This document shows positions 27,958-40,598 of a stretch of 64,000 nt of DNA, one piece after another; positions within the stretch are counted from its first letter, which is position 1, and each line of letters begins with the position of its first letter. The translations under genes were made by a program, and so were the position numbers. A model generated the notes under the pieces. The model was not told the DNA's origin, made no database searches, and was given only the letters and a program-made list of their open reading frames with translations. Source of the stretch: Escherichia phage vB_EcoM-S1P5QW; sequence record OL956808.1. One strand, given 5' to 3'.

Positions 27958-28962
27958 TTAAAATGTAAACAGAATATTGATTTCTTCTGTTTGATCCATT
28001 GCCATGATAATAGGTGGCCTATTTTCCATATAAATCATTTCGCCCGAATGCCTCATTAAATCTTCCGGATCATAATAATCCTTTTCAGCTTTAACGTTTG
28101 GGTCATTTGGATGAGCTTTAGCTTCAAGAGGATTCGTGATTATTGATATTTGTCTAAATCCTTTATTTCCCGGCAATGCAGCCTCAGGAAAATAAACTGA
28201 ATCTAAATATGCTTTAAAACGGATAGTATTTGCCTTAACACGGTAAATTAATCCAAAATCATCTTGCTGCCAAGTGAGATTATCTTCATATCCCCATCTA
28301 GTCGGGTCTTCTTTTAATTCCTCAGGCCAAGGAACCACGATATATTCATTCGTACATCTATTTATAGATACATCAGGCGGAATCTCAAATAGATATTCCC
28401 AAACATATCCGTCCCCAGGTTCAATTGTTCCTTCAGCATCTCCTCGACCTTCAGGAGGAGTCATTGACCTAGCAGAAGGAGTCCATTTTCCACCTAACTT
28501 AAGGCATTCATCCTTATCAGTTAAAGATGCGATTGAACACATTCCAGTATCAGGAACATCTAAACAACGATATACTAACCAGCCTGCGCCTGATTCAGTA
28601 GCGTTGTAAGGAGCTGAGTTACACACTACAATATCGTTAATTCTAAATGTGTATGGATCCGGATATCTAGTATCTCCCCAATCTCGACGAGGAATAACTG
28701 CATCAAGCATTGATGGAAGAACTTTTACTGTTCCCATCATATGTGTCCACATGTCAGTTACGCCTAATACAGAATCGGTAGGATAAGGTGGGGCAAAGCC
28801 CACCTCATTTTCATTTGATGACCACGGTTCTGATCTTCCAAATGTGATAAAGATAGTGTTTTTATCCGGACCACTTCCAATTGAATTATAAAAATTCAAC
28901 ATTTTTTCTGTTCTAAATTTTGAAGTAACTATCGCACGATAGATAACACTTGAATCATTCAT
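27958..28962 (-). CDS. 8: baseplate wedge protein gp8
   Basis: 334 aa; length and position as T4 gp8. Confidence 0.85.
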   Translation of the reverse strand: MNDSSVIYRAIVTSKFRTEKMLNFYNSIGSGPDKNTIFITFGRSEPWSSNENEVGFAPPYPTDSVLGVTDMWTHMMGTVKVLPSMLDAVIPRRDWGDTRYPDPYTFRINDIVVCNSAPYNATESGAGWLVYRCLDVPDTGMCSIASLTDKDECLKLGGKWTPSARSMTPPEGRGDAEGTIEPGDGYVWEYLFEIPPDVSINRCTNEYIVVPWPEELKEDPTRWGYEDNLTWQQDDFGLIYRVKANTIRFKAYLDSVYFPEAALPGNKGFRQISIITNPLEAKAHPNDPNVKAEKDYYDPEDLMRHSGEMIYMENRPPIIMAMDQTEEINILFTF

Positions 28963-31900
28963 CTATTTTAACCTGTGTTGGATTTTCAGGGTCTCTTGGA
29001 TTTCCTATATTATCTTTTAGACGTTTATTAACTAAATCTCTAAATTGCGCAAATGTTGTTCCAGATGCATCAAATAAAGGACTCATTAATTTACGTCGTT
29101 CAGACGGCAATTGACCTTGAAATATTGAATTATTATTTTCAGCATTATAGTCATCAGGAAGAGGATATTCTACACCAGCCATTGGGCCAGGCTCATAAAT
29201 TGCTTCACCTGTTACCGAATCATGCTCAATTTCACCAGTTGGAGTCAATTTAGCTACTCTATCAGCATATTCAGTAGGCAATCCAGAATCCCATTTATAG
29301 TTTTTGTATTTATTAATTATAGTCTCTGTGTGTTTAAGAGTTAAACCAACATTAATAAACATCGTTAAAAGGGTAATTGCTATAAATCCAAATCCCACTG
29401 GATGAACAAAACGAATAACGTCAGATTTCCAACGAGAAGAAGGTAAATTGGATTTAATTTTCATTACATAATATGATCGACTTCTATTAATATAGTCTAT
29501 ATTATTTTGAAGCAAATCCTTTCCTTTAACCCCACGAATAATTTCGCCTTCAAAACTAGGAAGTCTTTCTGCTTTAACTTCTTGACCAGCAATTAATCGT
29601 CCCAAAAGATTATGAATAGTTACGGTCCATTGCAATTTACCATTAGAATAGCTTCTTTCTATATAAGTAACATTACATCTTCCTGTAGCTGTATAAATCG
29701 TTTGTCCTACTAAGTCTTCAGTCAAAGAATCAGATTGAACGATTATATCATATTCAGTACCAGCCCCAGATTCAATTTCAATTTCAACCTCTTCATTATA
29801 AAGAACTTTAAAAAGAAATTTGTATGATGCTTCAATTCCTTTAGTAGAATAAAAATCATAGCTACGTGATTCGAAAAATCTTGCAACTGCATCGCGTTTG
29901 TCAGCATTTAAATAAATGTTTCTTTTATATATCTCTGACCACAAATATTCCCACGCATGCTCTTCTCGTGGATATTTGTTACGAATTAAATTTCGTAAAT
30001 TATTATACTGAGTTCCATATCCATCAGAAAGATATTGAATATATGCTTCGCAAAATGCTTCAAAATTCGAATCCTGTAACAAATAAGAATCAGGCATCAT
30101 TGTGCCAATCAATGGTCTTAAATCAGGGTCAGCTAATCCACGCTCTTCTTCTGGTGACCAAGGAGTCTCATGCTCTTGGTTTTGTAAAAATGCTTTTAAA
30201 AATACTTCAGTTGGCTTCCAAATAATTTCTACTGTATCTCTCACACGATAGTTAAAATCATAGTAAGAAATTATTTCACCAGAGGCTTTATAGAAAAGCA
30301 TTCCTGATGCGTATTTTTTAAATCCAGTGAATTTAACATTTGGCATTACTATAGTGCAATCACCATCATCCCAGTATTCATGAACTAATCTATCTGGTGA
30401 TGTTTCCGGAATATTTTCTATAACTTTGGTGTATTTTAAATCAGCATAAACTACTACAACCCTATCAGAGTTGTTTATCCAACAACGTGTGTTAGATTTT
30501 TTAGACCAGTTAAAGAATGGTTCTGCATAGTATTTCATCGGCTGAGGAGTAAAAGTTTCCCAATCAGACTTTTCATCTGCTATAAATGCCATCATATGAT
30601 AATGCTTATCAGCTAGCCATTCACGAGGAAATTCATATTTAACAGCACCGATTAACTGATATTTTGCTGCAGTTTCAGGGTCATTAACAACATTATCACT
30701 TAAAAATTTAAAATTACTCGATGATAGAGAAACTAATTTACCATCAGTTGACATATTCGCATACCCGGGTTGAATACGTCTTCTTTCTTCTTCGGTATTA
30801 CCAAAAACTCTTTTCCATGTTTTTTCGTCATGATTTAAAACATATATTCCTTTATCAGCAGAATCAATTATTTTTGAAGTTCTCGGATTAGCATTTAATG
30901 TTTCAACTTCACCAATAATAAGAGCAAAAACTTTATCACCAACAGAATCCATTTTATAGCATACTGCTTTAGGATTTCCGGTTATAGTCATTGTGTCAGG
31001 TTCAAAAAGTCTTTCCGAATATGTTGGGGATAATGGATCAGAATCTATGGGTGCATTACTCGTTTTTATGTATCTAACTTTATCTCTGGCAACAACATAG
31101 ATATAATCATCCGTGCAAGTAATAGCCTCAGCTATACGGTATACATTCGCTGGTAAAGTAGCATAAGTAGCGAAGATTTCAACATCGAATCCTAAATGAA
31201 GTTGGTCTCCTAATTTAGCAAATGTTATATCCTGTGAACTGAATCTGACATCATCTGCTGACCATCTAACGTCAGTCGATTTACGGCCGTAGAAAATCTT
31301 GTCGTATCCTAGAACGTATGTTGTGTTTGCAGATTGGTAATATACTGTCTTAGATAAAGGATATCCTACGCGGTCATTGAAGAGCTTCACAGCTTTCCAG
31401 GTTTGTCCTTTATCATTAGATACTTTAACTACAGGTTGATAACGCTCAAAAAGATATAGAATCCCTTCTGATTCCATCAAATAAACTCGGTTAATATCCT
31501 TACATACCTGCTGAATAGAACCTTGTATTTCATGATACTCATTTTCACCAATAATAAAATTACTGATTGATGAAACATCAACATATGATGGGCTGAATTG
31601 AAACGATTCATTCATCAATGCAGCCATTATGGTGTCATTATTAAAATTAACATAATCAGAATTATTAAGAGTGAACTTTTCCTGAATGAATTTATTAGCT
31701 AATTGCATTTCAATCATATTTTGAAATGTGTAAGCATTCGTAGCAAAAGTTTCAAACTCTTCGGTATAAATCCAGTCAGACTGCTCAAAATCTTGAGCCG
31801 CCGTAGCTACTCTAATAACATATGATGTCAGTGGATCAGCATCATCAAAAAAGAAGCTGTTATTTGCAGTATATCCTAAATTAATCCAACGATATTGATT

Positions 31901-32053
31901 ACTCGGGAGTTTTTCCCCCGAGTTTGTTTTTGTCTCAGCGATTTCTACAAAATAGTAGAAATTAGCACCAACGTCATCCCAGCGTACTTGCACCTGATTT
32001 GCGGATAACTTGGAAATTCTGAGACTAGTGACTGAAGGTGCTTTTACTGTCAT
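28955..32053 (-). CDS. 7: baseplate wedge protein gp7
   Basis: 1032 aa; length and position as T4 gp7. Confidence 0.9.
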   Translation of the reverse strand: MTVKAPSVTSLRISKLSANQVQVRWDDVGANFYYFVEIAETKTNSGEKLPSNQYRWINLGYTANNSFFFDDADPLTSYVIRVATAAQDFEQSDWIYTEEFETFATNAYTFQNMIEMQLANKFIQEKFTLNNSDYVNFNNDTIMAALMNESFQFSPSYVDVSSISNFIIGENEYHEIQGSIQQVCKDINRVYLMESEGILYLFERYQPVVKVSNDKGQTWKAVKLFNDRVGYPLSKTVYYQSANTTYVLGYDKIFYGRKSTDVRWSADDVRFSSQDITFAKLGDQLHLGFDVEIFATYATLPANVYRIAEAITCTDDYIYVVARDKVRYIKTSNAPIDSDPLSPTYSERLFEPDTMTITGNPKAVCYKMDSVGDKVFALIIGEVETLNANPRTSKIIDSADKGIYVLNHDEKTWKRVFGNTEEERRRIQPGYANMSTDGKLVSLSSSNFKFLSDNVVNDPETAAKYQLIGAVKYEFPREWLADKHYHMMAFIADEKSDWETFTPQPMKYYAEPFFNWSKKSNTRCWINNSDRVVVVYADLKYTKVIENIPETSPDRLVHEYWDDGDCTIVMPNVKFTGFKKYASGMLFYKASGEIISYYDFNYRVRDTVEIIWKPTEVFLKAFLQNQEHETPWSPEEERGLADPDLRPLIGTMMPDSYLLQDSNFEAFCEAYIQYLSDGYGTQYNNLRNLIRNKYPREEHAWEYLWSEIYKRNIYLNADKRDAVARFFESRSYDFYSTKGIEASYKFLFKVLYNEEVEIEIESGAGTEYDIIVQSDSLTEDLVGQTIYTATGRCNVTYIERSYSNGKLQWTVTIHNLLGRLIAGQEVKAERLPSFEGEIIRGVKGKDLLQNNIDYINRSRSYYVMKIKSNLPSSRWKSDVIRFVHPVGFGFIAITLLTMFINVGLTLKHTETIINKYKNYKWDSGLPTEYADRVAKLTPTGEIEHDSVTGEAIYEPGPMAGVEYPLPDDYNAENNNSIFQGQLPSERRKLMSPLFDASGTTFAQFRDLVNKRLKDNIGNPRDPENPTQVKIDE

Positions 32054-34032
32054 TGTGATATAGGCTCCAAATCGATAGTTAAGTATTGTGGACGTAAGTC
32101 ATTTTCAAATACAATCAGTGAACCATCGCGAGTAAAGATAACATCATCGGTTGGGTCAGAATATAATTCAATAGTCTGAACTTCAAATTTTTCAGATGTT
32201 AAATTAATTTTAGCGATATTCCAGTAAATTGTGTCAGCTGGATAGTTTATTTCACCGATAACATAGTATTTGTCACGTCCTGTGGAGTTTGCTAATTTGT
32301 TAAAATCGTTTCCTGTATACGGCTGAATGTTTTCATTTTCTGTAACATCGCCAGAAGCAAATGGACCAATAATAACTTTACCAATTCCTTTAGAATCTCG
32401 GTCTGTTGATACTATACGAACGTCATATAATACATCTTCTTCTAAACCAGTATCAGGATTTACAACCTTTCGTCCAGAATTAAATGAAAACGTATTAGAT
32501 TCCATAGAACGATCTTTTATTTGATTATTGTATTTAATACCTGCTTCAGGCGTTTTATAGAAGTTTTGTACTTCACGAACAATTTGAATTGTCGCTGATG
32601 AACCAATGATAGAATGATCTGCATCATCTACATATGTCAACATCTTAGACTTGGCAAAAGACGAGTTAAAAATTTCTACATCTTCGGTATAATAACGATC
32701 AATTTTATCAATTATTTGACCTTCGAGCCACTGTTCGGATTCTTGTAGCTTATTTAAAGCATATGTGACTTTTAAATTAGTCTTAATGAAAAGATAATTA
32801 GGAGAAATAATTGACGGCGTAATAGGTGCTAAATTATAATCTTTGAGATAATTTTTAATATCTTCACGCTGCACAGTAGTTAAATATAATCCTGATTTAG
32901 GTTTAGCAGCAATAAATGCATAACCAGGTTTAGTAGAATCAGTGAAAGTCTGAACGGCTTGAATAATAGAACCAAATCTTTCTGAGACAAATGTATCATA
33001 ATCTGTCGCAGTTACACATCGCTGCTGAGTTTCACGCTTAATAGTACCCAATTCGCGAATACGTTCAATATCTTCTGGATCACCACCACCATCAGCACCA
33101 ACAAAATCTGGGTCGTCGTTTGGATTTTCATTAATATTGATGACAGTTATATTTGTTAATGTATCTGCATATGAAAATCCGACTGCGCCATTCGCATCTG
33201 CACCGTTAGTACTGATGTACTCAATAACAATAGTAGAGTTCTGGGTAGGTTTAAGACCTCCGATATAATTAGCGGTCAAAGCTCCTTCAGAAGCATTAAC
33301 AGAAATTTCACCTTCACCAAAATAGAATTCAGTGTTTCCGTCAATAGTTTCACGCATATAGTAAATCGTTGATGTTGAACCAGCATGAACCATTGACTTT
33401 CTCGTCCAGTTAATCCATTCCGCTCCATCAACATATAATTTAACCTGGTTTCTATCAATATTTTTATCATAAATGATAATAGGTGTTAATTTATCATAAA
33501 TGATTTCAGTTCTTACTATACGTCCCTGGGCCAATTTTAAACGTGGAAAATATTGGTTATTTTTATCACGAATAGCAATAACGTCTTCGGTAGAAACGAA
33601 GTTATATGGATTAACAGAAGTATCTTTTGCATATGCTAAAAAGCGAGTTCCGCGAGGAATAGTAATGTAATTCCTATTCAATGCGTCGGTGCATGTTAAC
33701 ATAATTTCGGTCTGCGCAGCGGATTTTGAAGTAGGTAAATATCCGTTATCTTGTGCAGCTTGAACAACTGAACTTCGTAAGTTAGCAGTACGCATAAAGC
33801 TTTCGTACACAGCAGCATTACCAAACTGCTGAATGTACAATGTATTATAAGCCAAAAGGTCACACAGAACGTTTAATCTTGAGCCTTCAAAATCATAATC
33901 CAAAAATTCATTTTGGCCATTAAGCCATTCAATGAGGTTTTGTTTTATTTCAGCAAACGTACCCCCGACGAATATCTCGGGAATAGCATTTGCTGTTCTT
34001 GTTAATTGATAATTTACAGGGGTATTTGCCAT
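32050..34032 (-). CDS. 6: baseplate wedge protein gp6
   Basis: 660 aa; length and position as T4 gp6. Confidence 0.9.
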   Translation of the reverse strand: MANTPVNYQLTRTANAIPEIFVGGTFAEIKQNLIEWLNGQNEFLDYDFEGSRLNVLCDLLAYNTLYIQQFGNAAVYESFMRTANLRSSVVQAAQDNGYLPTSKSAAQTEIMLTCTDALNRNYITIPRGTRFLAYAKDTSVNPYNFVSTEDVIAIRDKNNQYFPRLKLAQGRIVRTEIIYDKLTPIIIYDKNIDRNQVKLYVDGAEWINWTRKSMVHAGSTSTIYYMRETIDGNTEFYFGEGEISVNASEGALTANYIGGLKPTQNSTIVIEYISTNGADANGAVGFSYADTLTNITVININENPNDDPDFVGADGGGDPEDIERIRELGTIKRETQQRCVTATDYDTFVSERFGSIIQAVQTFTDSTKPGYAFIAAKPKSGLYLTTVQREDIKNYLKDYNLAPITPSIISPNYLFIKTNLKVTYALNKLQESEQWLEGQIIDKIDRYYTEDVEIFNSSFAKSKMLTYVDDADHSIIGSSATIQIVREVQNFYKTPEAGIKYNNQIKDRSMESNTFSFNSGRKVVNPDTGLEEDVLYDVRIVSTDRDSKGIGKVIIGPFASGDVTENENIQPYTGNDFNKLANSTGRDKYYVIGEINYPADTIYWNIAKINLTSEKFEVQTIELYSDPTDDVIFTRDGSLIVFENDLRPQYLTIDLEPISQ

Positions 34033-34040
34033 TTTAAATC

Positions 34041-34334
34041 CTATTTAATGAATACTTTAGATGATGCCTGAGCCACAGTATCACCGCATGATATTGGATC
34101 AGCCATTTGAACAGCTTTCTTTCCAGTGACATATACCTTAGAAGTTCTAGGTTGTGTCACTCCGCCATGTGTTTCATATGGCTTTTTAATTTCTGTATGT
34201 TCTGTAATTGGATCACCTGCTACGAGAACAGCAATTCCTCCAGTGAATACTTTACTTTGTGTAGCATTCACAACTGTTGGAGGCCATGCTTCATGGCCGG
34301 CAGTAACACACTTATCATAACTTAATCCTGACAT
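34041..34334 (-). CDS. 5.4: PAAR-repeat spike-tip protein gp5.4
   Basis: 97 aa Gly/Cys/His-containing small protein; length and position as T4 gp5.4. Confidence 0.85.
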
Positions 34335-34829
34335 TTATGGCCTCTCATACACATAGCTTCTCAATTTATTAGCCCAACGACTCCAATTTCCAACTATAGT
34401 TTTTGTGTAATTTTTAACAAGAGTTTTTCTTATTGGAGCTGGAGGATTCGTTGGTTCAGTAGTATCAGAAGATGACCTAGAATTACTGCCAGAACCTCCA
34501 GATTCACCTTGTTCTTGGTAGTCATATATTAATGTTACTTCGTAAGTGAATGTCTTCTGGAGGTTTTGAGGAGCTTTCCATAAATATAACTGAGTATTAG
34601 AATCAGTTGGAAGGTCTTCCCATGAAGCAGCGGTTTTAAATTCATTATCTAAACGATATTTCAACGCATCATTTCCAAATCCAAATACAGATTCATACGT
34701 TCCATATAAACGATTTTCTTCTACTAAAACCCCAGGAGTTTCTTCGTAACTAGTTATATTTATAGATACTAACGTTTCACCTGTTTCTAATTGAGCGGTA
34801 AAGGTGACGTCGATAGAAGAACCTTCCAT
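34335..34829 (-). CDS. hypothetical protein (5.1 position)
   Basis: Track ORF (to 34892) starts at TTG inside gene 5; the ATG at 34829 has an AGGAGAA RBS and gives 164 aa; ATG at 34889 is an alternative. Confidence 0.55.
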
Positions 34830-34863
34830 GGATTCTCCTAAATCAGCGCTCATTGGAAGTATA

Positions 34864-36591
34864 TTAGCCAATGTCAATCCTCGATCCATCAATTGTGTAT
34901 TGACCAGATGAAATAGAACTCATAGATGCCATTTTTTCTGTCCAATCACCACCAACGTCCCAATCAACTGTCCCAGCAACTTTCCAAGAAAGATTTCCAT
35001 TTACTGTATTAGTCTGATTTCCTTCAACTAAAGTGGTAGCATCTCCTTTAACTGTAATGTCAGCATTACCTTCAACTACAATAGTAACATTACCTTTAAC
35101 TAGGATAGTTCCATTACCTTCAACCGTCTTAGTTTCATCGCCACGTACAAATATTGTATTGCTTCCATCTATTTGGTGGAGACGATTATCCATGTTGTAA
35201 TAAATTTCTGACCCACCGACGTTAGTCTTTTTATCGCCAGCTACCAAAAAATTACCATCAGCATTTGTTATATCATACAAATTATCAACAGTTTTTCTTG
35301 TTTTTCTTCCTGACGGTGATACTTCCTCATATGTTCCAGTCGGATGAACTAATCTGTATCGTTCTTGTCCCGGGGTATCGTCAAATTCCTGAATATGACC
35401 GCTTTCAGTTTCCATTGTGTGAACATACGGGTATTCACCTTTATATGAAGAAACAGGTTCTTTAAATAAAATTCTCGAATCATTCGGAATAGGAGGGTCA
35501 GCTGGATCAGAAGACTTTGCTACAGCAGCAGCCATTGCTGACAAAGACCTAGCCGGTGTTTTCACTTCAATACCGTATGATTCCAAATTACCGGTAAGAA
35601 TAATCATGGTAACACGGGATGCACGGCCTTTTGTTTGTTGATACCACAATGAATCACGACCGGCTTTATATGCTTTTTCCCAATCTCCAGCTAACATAGC
35701 AGTTAACATTGTGTTAAATTTAGCTACACCGCCAACACCCATCTGAAATGCCATATTTTCTAACGCCATTTGACGAGAACGATTAACTGCTTGCCAAACT
35801 GGGCCAACTTTAGAATGTGATTTAATGTCACGTTGCATATCAGCCAAATCACGTTCAAATAAAGCTACCGCTTCTTCCATTGTAATAGAACCTGGATTTC
35901 CGGTAATTTCACGACCAACTTGTTTTGATAAAACTTTATTAATTTGAGTCATATCACGAACTGGCTGCTTCATGATAAGATGACCAATACCAATTGTCGG
36001 ATATCCTTCAGTATCCCAATAAACCTTTAGTCTTAATCCTTCATCACGGCGAAGCATTTCAGCCATTGACATATTTGGATTATCATCAGTTGGAATTTCT
36101 GATAGCGGTCTATCATCGGGATTTATCGCAGTATCTAGATTGCTATCTTGGATAATATTAGAAGACGAATCATATCCTACTTCTCCGCCTTGGTTTAATA
36201 CGTTAGTATCATTTCCTAGACGTCTAGGATACTGTCCAGTCGGGTCAGAAAATCCTTCAAGTCTATTCGGTTTTTCGCGAACTATTCCACCATACGTACC
36301 AAGGACAATTCCGTTAGTTTTCCATTTGTCTAAAAAATGACCATAAACTCTAGTTCCTTCTACTGGACCAGTAACGGAGCCTCCAATTCCAGACATTGCT
36401 GCAGAAGTTATAGGTTGAATAACTGACATCCATGGTAATTTATCAGTTGGAATACCCATTACGTCGCCTTGCGCTCTTTGAGGTGGATGCAGACCAACTA
36501 CACGAACACGAACACGACCTAATTTTAATGGGTCCATTCTATCTTCAACAACACCAACAAACCAATTAAGGTTATTACTTATCATTTCCAT
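34864..36591 (-). CDS. 5: baseplate hub subunit and tail lysozyme gp5
   Basis: 575 aa; internal lysozyme domain LRLKVYWDTEGYPTIGIGHL paralogous to e lysozyme in this window; C-terminal beta-helix repeats. Confidence 0.95.
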   Translation of the reverse strand: MEMISNNLNWFVGVVEDRMDPLKLGRVRVRVVGLHPPQRAQGDVMGIPTDKLPWMSVIQPITSAAMSGIGGSVTGPVEGTRVYGHFLDKWKTNGIVLGTYGGIVREKPNRLEGFSDPTGQYPRRLGNDTNVLNQGGEVGYDSSSNIIQDSNLDTAINPDDRPLSEIPTDDNPNMSMAEMLRRDEGLRLKVYWDTEGYPTIGIGHLIMKQPVRDMTQINKVLSKQVGREITGNPGSITMEEAVALFERDLADMQRDIKSHSKVGPVWQAVNRSRQMALENMAFQMGVGGVAKFNTMLTAMLAGDWEKAYKAGRDSLWYQQTKGRASRVTMIILTGNLESYGIEVKTPARSLSAMAAAVAKSSDPADPPIPNDSRILFKEPVSSYKGEYPYVHTMETESGHIQEFDDTPGQERYRLVHPTGTYEEVSPSGRKTRKTVDNLYDITNADGNFLVAGDKKTNVGGSEIYYNMDNRLHQIDGSNTIFVRGDETKTVEGNGTILVKGNVTIVVEGNADITVKGDATTLVEGNQTNTVNGNLSWKVAGTVDWDVGGDWTEKMASMSSISSGQYTIDGSRIDIG

Positions 36592-37165
36592 AAGATTTCT
36601 CCATTATACGTATAAGGTCGTTCATAAATGAATTGATGTCTGATTTTGCTATTATTTTTATTTGACGAAGTTTTTCATTTTCAAGAACAGCAGCTTCATA
36701 CGTATCGACCGCGGCAAGTGCTCCTTCATATTGAGGATATTTTCTAGCTTTATCACCTTTGTCATACCAAACATATGGATTATCATCATATGATACTAAA
36801 TTATAAAATTTTTCACCATTTTCATTCACATGATATACTATTTGGTCTCCACCTACGTTTTTGTATTTTTGTATAGATGCTTGATAAGCAGCTTCTTGCG
36901 AAGTAATCCATCCATAATACGGATCATAATTATCATTACACATCAATAAAACCCAATACAACTGCGGATTTCCATATATAGCATTTGCTAATTCTTCCGG
37001 GCGTGGTGAACCTTTAATATAATAAGTACGTAAGCGGTATCCCGCAAGAGCACGTTTGAAATAGTCTTTATAGTTTCTAAAAATATCTGTCATAGGAATA
37101 GTCGGCGCGTTTTTATTCACCGTTTTGGCCGCATATTCAATCGGATCAAAAAATGTAAAGAGCAT
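36575..37165 (-). CDS. 53: baseplate wedge protein gp53
   Basis: 196 aa; length and position as T4 gp53; late promoter 37194-37201. Confidence 0.85.
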   Translation of the reverse strand: MLFTFFDPIEYAAKTVNKNAPTIPMTDIFRNYKDYFKRALAGYRLRTYYIKGSPRPEELANAIYGNPQLYWVLLMCNDNYDPYYGWITSQEAAYQASIQKYKNVGGDQIVYHVNENGEKFYNLVSYDDNPYVWYDKGDKARKYPQYEGALAAVDTYEAAVLENEKLRQIKIIAKSDINSFMNDLIRIMEKSYGNDK

Positions 37166-37178
37166 GGGCCCTCCTGTT

Positions 37179-37186
37179 TATAAATA
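37179..37186 (+). promoter_or_regulatory. late promoter for gene 4
   Basis: Exact TATAAATA 27 nt upstream of gene 4 ATG; divergent from gene 53 late promoter. Confidence 0.65.
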
Positions 37187-37193
37187 TATTATC

Positions 37194-37201
37194 TATTTAT
37201 A
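37194..37201 (-). promoter_or_regulatory. late promoter for gene 53
   Basis: Minus-strand TATAAATA 29 nt upstream of ATG. Confidence 0.65.
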
Positions 37202-37212
37202 AGGAGAATCCA

Positions 37213-37665
37213 ATGGCATATTCTGGAAAATGGGTTCCTAAAAATATATCAAAATATAGAGGTGACCCTAAAAAAATTACGTATAGATCAAATTGGGAAA
37301 AATTCTTTTTTGAATGGTTAGATAAAAATCCAGAAATTATTGCATGGGGTAGTGAAACAGCAGTAATTCCTTATTTTTGTAATGCAGAAGGGAAAAAACG
37401 TAGATACTTCATGGATATTTGGATGAAAGATTCTTCTGGACAAGAATTTTTTATTGAAATAAAACCTAAAAAAGAAACACAACCACCAGTTAAACCGGCA
37501 CATCTAACAACTGCAGCGAAGAAAAGATTTATGAATGAAATTTATACATATTCCGTTAATACTGACAAATGGAAAGCAGCGCAAGCTTTAGCTGAAAAGC
37601 GTGGAATAAAATTTAGAATTCTAACAGAAGATGGATTAAGAGCTCTTGGCTTTAAGGGGGCATAA
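37213..37665 (+). CDS. 4: head completion protein gp4
   Basis: 150 aa; aaggag RBS; late promoter TATAAATA 37179-37186; length as T4 gp4. Confidence 0.85.
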   Translation: MAYSGKWVPKNISKYRGDPKKITYRSNWEKFFFEWLDKNPEIIAWGSETAVIPYFCNAEGKKRRYFMDIWMKDSSGQEFFIEIKPKKETQPPVKPAHLTTAAKKRFMNEIYTYSVNTDKWKAAQALAEKRGIKFRILTEDGLRALGFKGA

Positions 37666-38489
37666 TGGCTATTTTTCAAATAATTAATGAAAGCACTCCC
37701 CAAGTTCCAAAGGTTAAGCAATCATTAAACGAAAAGAAATGGATTCAGATAGGTCTTGAATACAGAAAGGCCAAAGCAAAAGGAATGACAGGAAAGCAAT
37801 TTGCTGAAGAAAGAGGAATCAAATACTCTACGTTTACTTCGGCAATGTCAAAATATGCTTCAGGAATTAAAACAGCTGAAAAGATTCAAAAGCTTGAATC
37901 AAAACCAATGAATAAACTCAATAAGCAAGAAAGACAACTGCTTATGATAAATTCATTCAGGCAAACATTGCGTGATAAAATTCGTAATGAAGGTGCAGCA
38001 ATTAATAATAAAACCAGAAAGTGGTTTGCTGAAACTATTAAGCAAGTAAAAGGACATAAAGTTGTTCGCCCGCAGCCGGGACGAATATATGCTTTTGCTT
38101 ATGATGCTAAACACAAGGAAACTCTTCCTTACTGGGATAAATTTCCTTTGATAATTTACCTTGGTTTAGGTAAGCATAATTTAATGTACGGATTAAACTT
38201 GCACTATATTCCACCTAAAGCTCGTCAGCAATTTCTAGAAGAGCTTTTAAAGCAATATTCAAATACACCTACTATTACTAATAAAACGAAATTAAAAATT
38301 GATTGGAGTCAAGTGAAAGGATTTAGGGGTGCAGACCAAATGATTAAGGCATATATACCTGGTAATATTATGGGTAGCCTTGTTGAAATCGCCCCGAAAG
38401 ACTGGGCGAACGTTGTATTAATGCCACTTCAGCAGTTCGTTTCAAAAGGAAAACGTTTCTCTGCAAACAAAGTCTGGTCAAATATCTAA
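37665..38489 (+). CDS. 2: DNA end protector protein gp2
   Basis: 274 aa; TAATG overlap with gene 4; length as T4 gp2. Confidence 0.85.
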   Translation: MAIFQIINESTPQVPKVKQSLNEKKWIQIGLEYRKAKAKGMTGKQFAEERGIKYSTFTSAMSKYASGIKTAEKIQKLESKPMNKLNKQERQLLMINSFRQTLRDKIRNEGAAINNKTRKWFAETIKQVKGHKVVRPQPGRIYAFAYDAKHKETLPYWDKFPLIIYLGLGKHNLMYGLNLHYIPPKARQQFLEELLKQYSNTPTITNKTKLKIDWSQVKGFRGADQMIKAYIPGNIMGSLVEIAPKDWANVVLMPLQQFVSKGKRFSANKVWSNI

Positions 38490-38595
38490 TTCTATTATCT
38501 TCCATTCTTTTCTATTGTTTGTTCTAATTGGAATTGAATGGAAGGGACTTAGACCCATTATACCACCAACATTTATGAAGCATTATGAGGAATAT

Positions 38596-39126
38596 ATGTC
38601 GCAAGCACTACAACAAATTTTTAACCAAGCAAATACAACTAACTTTGTAGTATCAATACCGCATAGTAATACTACATCTGCTTTTACTTTAAATGCTCAG
38701 TCAGTTCCTATTCCGGGAATTAGGATACCTGTTACTGATACCGTGACTGGGCCGTTTGGACTAGGCCGAGCACAACGTCCAGGTGTTACATTTGAGTACG
38801 ACCCACTCATCGTGAGATTTATAGTTGATGAAGAGCTTAAATCATGGATAGGAATGTATGAATGGATGCTAGGAACTAGTAACTATCTTACAGGCGAAAA
38901 TACTGCCCAAAAAACAGGTCCTGAATACATTACGCTTTACATTTTAGATAATAGTAAAACTGAAATCGTGATGTCAATAAACTTTTATAAGCCTTGGGTT
39001 TCTGACCTGTCTGAAGTAGAATTTAGCTACACAGAAGATTCAGACCCAGCCTTAGTATGCACAGCAACGATTCCTTATACGTATTTTCAAGTAGAAAAAG
39101 ATGGCAAAATTATAGCAGAAGTTTAA
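38596..39126 (+). CDS. 3: tail completion and sheath stabilizer gp3
   Basis: Track ORF (38515) over-extended; ATG at 38596 with gagg RBS gives 176 aa, the length recalled for T4 gp3. Confidence 0.78.
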   Translation: MSQALQQIFNQANTTNFVVSIPHSNTTSAFTLNAQSVPIPGIRIPVTDTVTGPFGLGRAQRPGVTFEYDPLIVRFIVDEELKSWIGMYEWMLGTSNYLTGENTAQKTGPEYITLYILDNSKTEIVMSINFYKPWVSDLSEVEFSYTEDSDPALVCTATIPYTYFQVEKDGKIIAEV

Positions 39127-39151
39127 TGCTTCAGTTTCATGTGTTATAATC
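39125..39151 (+). promoter_or_regulatory. MotA-type middle promoter upstream of gene 1
   Basis: aaTGCTTca followed by -10 tgttataat. Confidence 0.5.
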
Positions 39152-39175
39152 TTAACTAAATTTGAGGAGAAACAT

Positions 39176-39888
39176 ATGAAACTAATCTTTTTAAGTGGTG
39201 TAAAGCGTAGCGGAAAAGATACTACTGCAGATTTTATCATGAATAATTATTCTGCAGTTAAATATCAACTTGCTGGTCCTATTAAGGATGCATTGGCTTA
39301 TGCATGGGGTGTATTTGCAGCAAACACTGACTATCCTTGCTTAACTCGTAAAGAGTTTGAAGGAATTGACTATGATCGTGAGACTAATTTAAATCTGACT
39401 AAATTAGAAGTAATTACGATTATGGAACAAGCATTTTGCTATCTTAATAGTAAAAGCCCAATTAAAGGTGTGTTTGTTTTTGATGACGCAGTTAATTTCG
39501 TAGCATTTAATAAGATTGCTGACGTTATAAATAATATTGAAGATCAATGGTCAGTCCGTCGTCTGATGCAAGCCCTAGGTACGGATTTGATTGTTAATAA
39601 CTTCGACCGCATGTATTGGGTAAAATTATTTGCTTTAGATTATCTTGATAAATTTAACTCAGGTTATGATTATTATATCGTTCCTGATACTCGTCAAGAT
39701 CATGAAATGGATGCGGCTAGGGCGATGGGTGCTACAGTAATTCATGTAGTTCGTCCTGGTCAAAAATCCAATGATACTCATATTACAGAAGCTGGATTGC
39801 CAATTCGTGATGGCGATTTAGTAATTACAAACGATGGTTCTCTTGAAGAACTTTTTTCTAAAATTAAAAATACACTAAAGGTACTATA

Positions 39889-39889
<1 letters not shown>
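39176..39889 (+). CDS. 1: deoxynucleoside monophosphate kinase gp1
   Basis: 237 aa; P-loop GVKRSGKDT; position as T4 gene 1; MotA-type middle promoter upstream. Confidence 0.9.
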
Positions 39890-40586
<697 letters not shown>

Positions 40587-40598
40587 TTTCACAAAGTT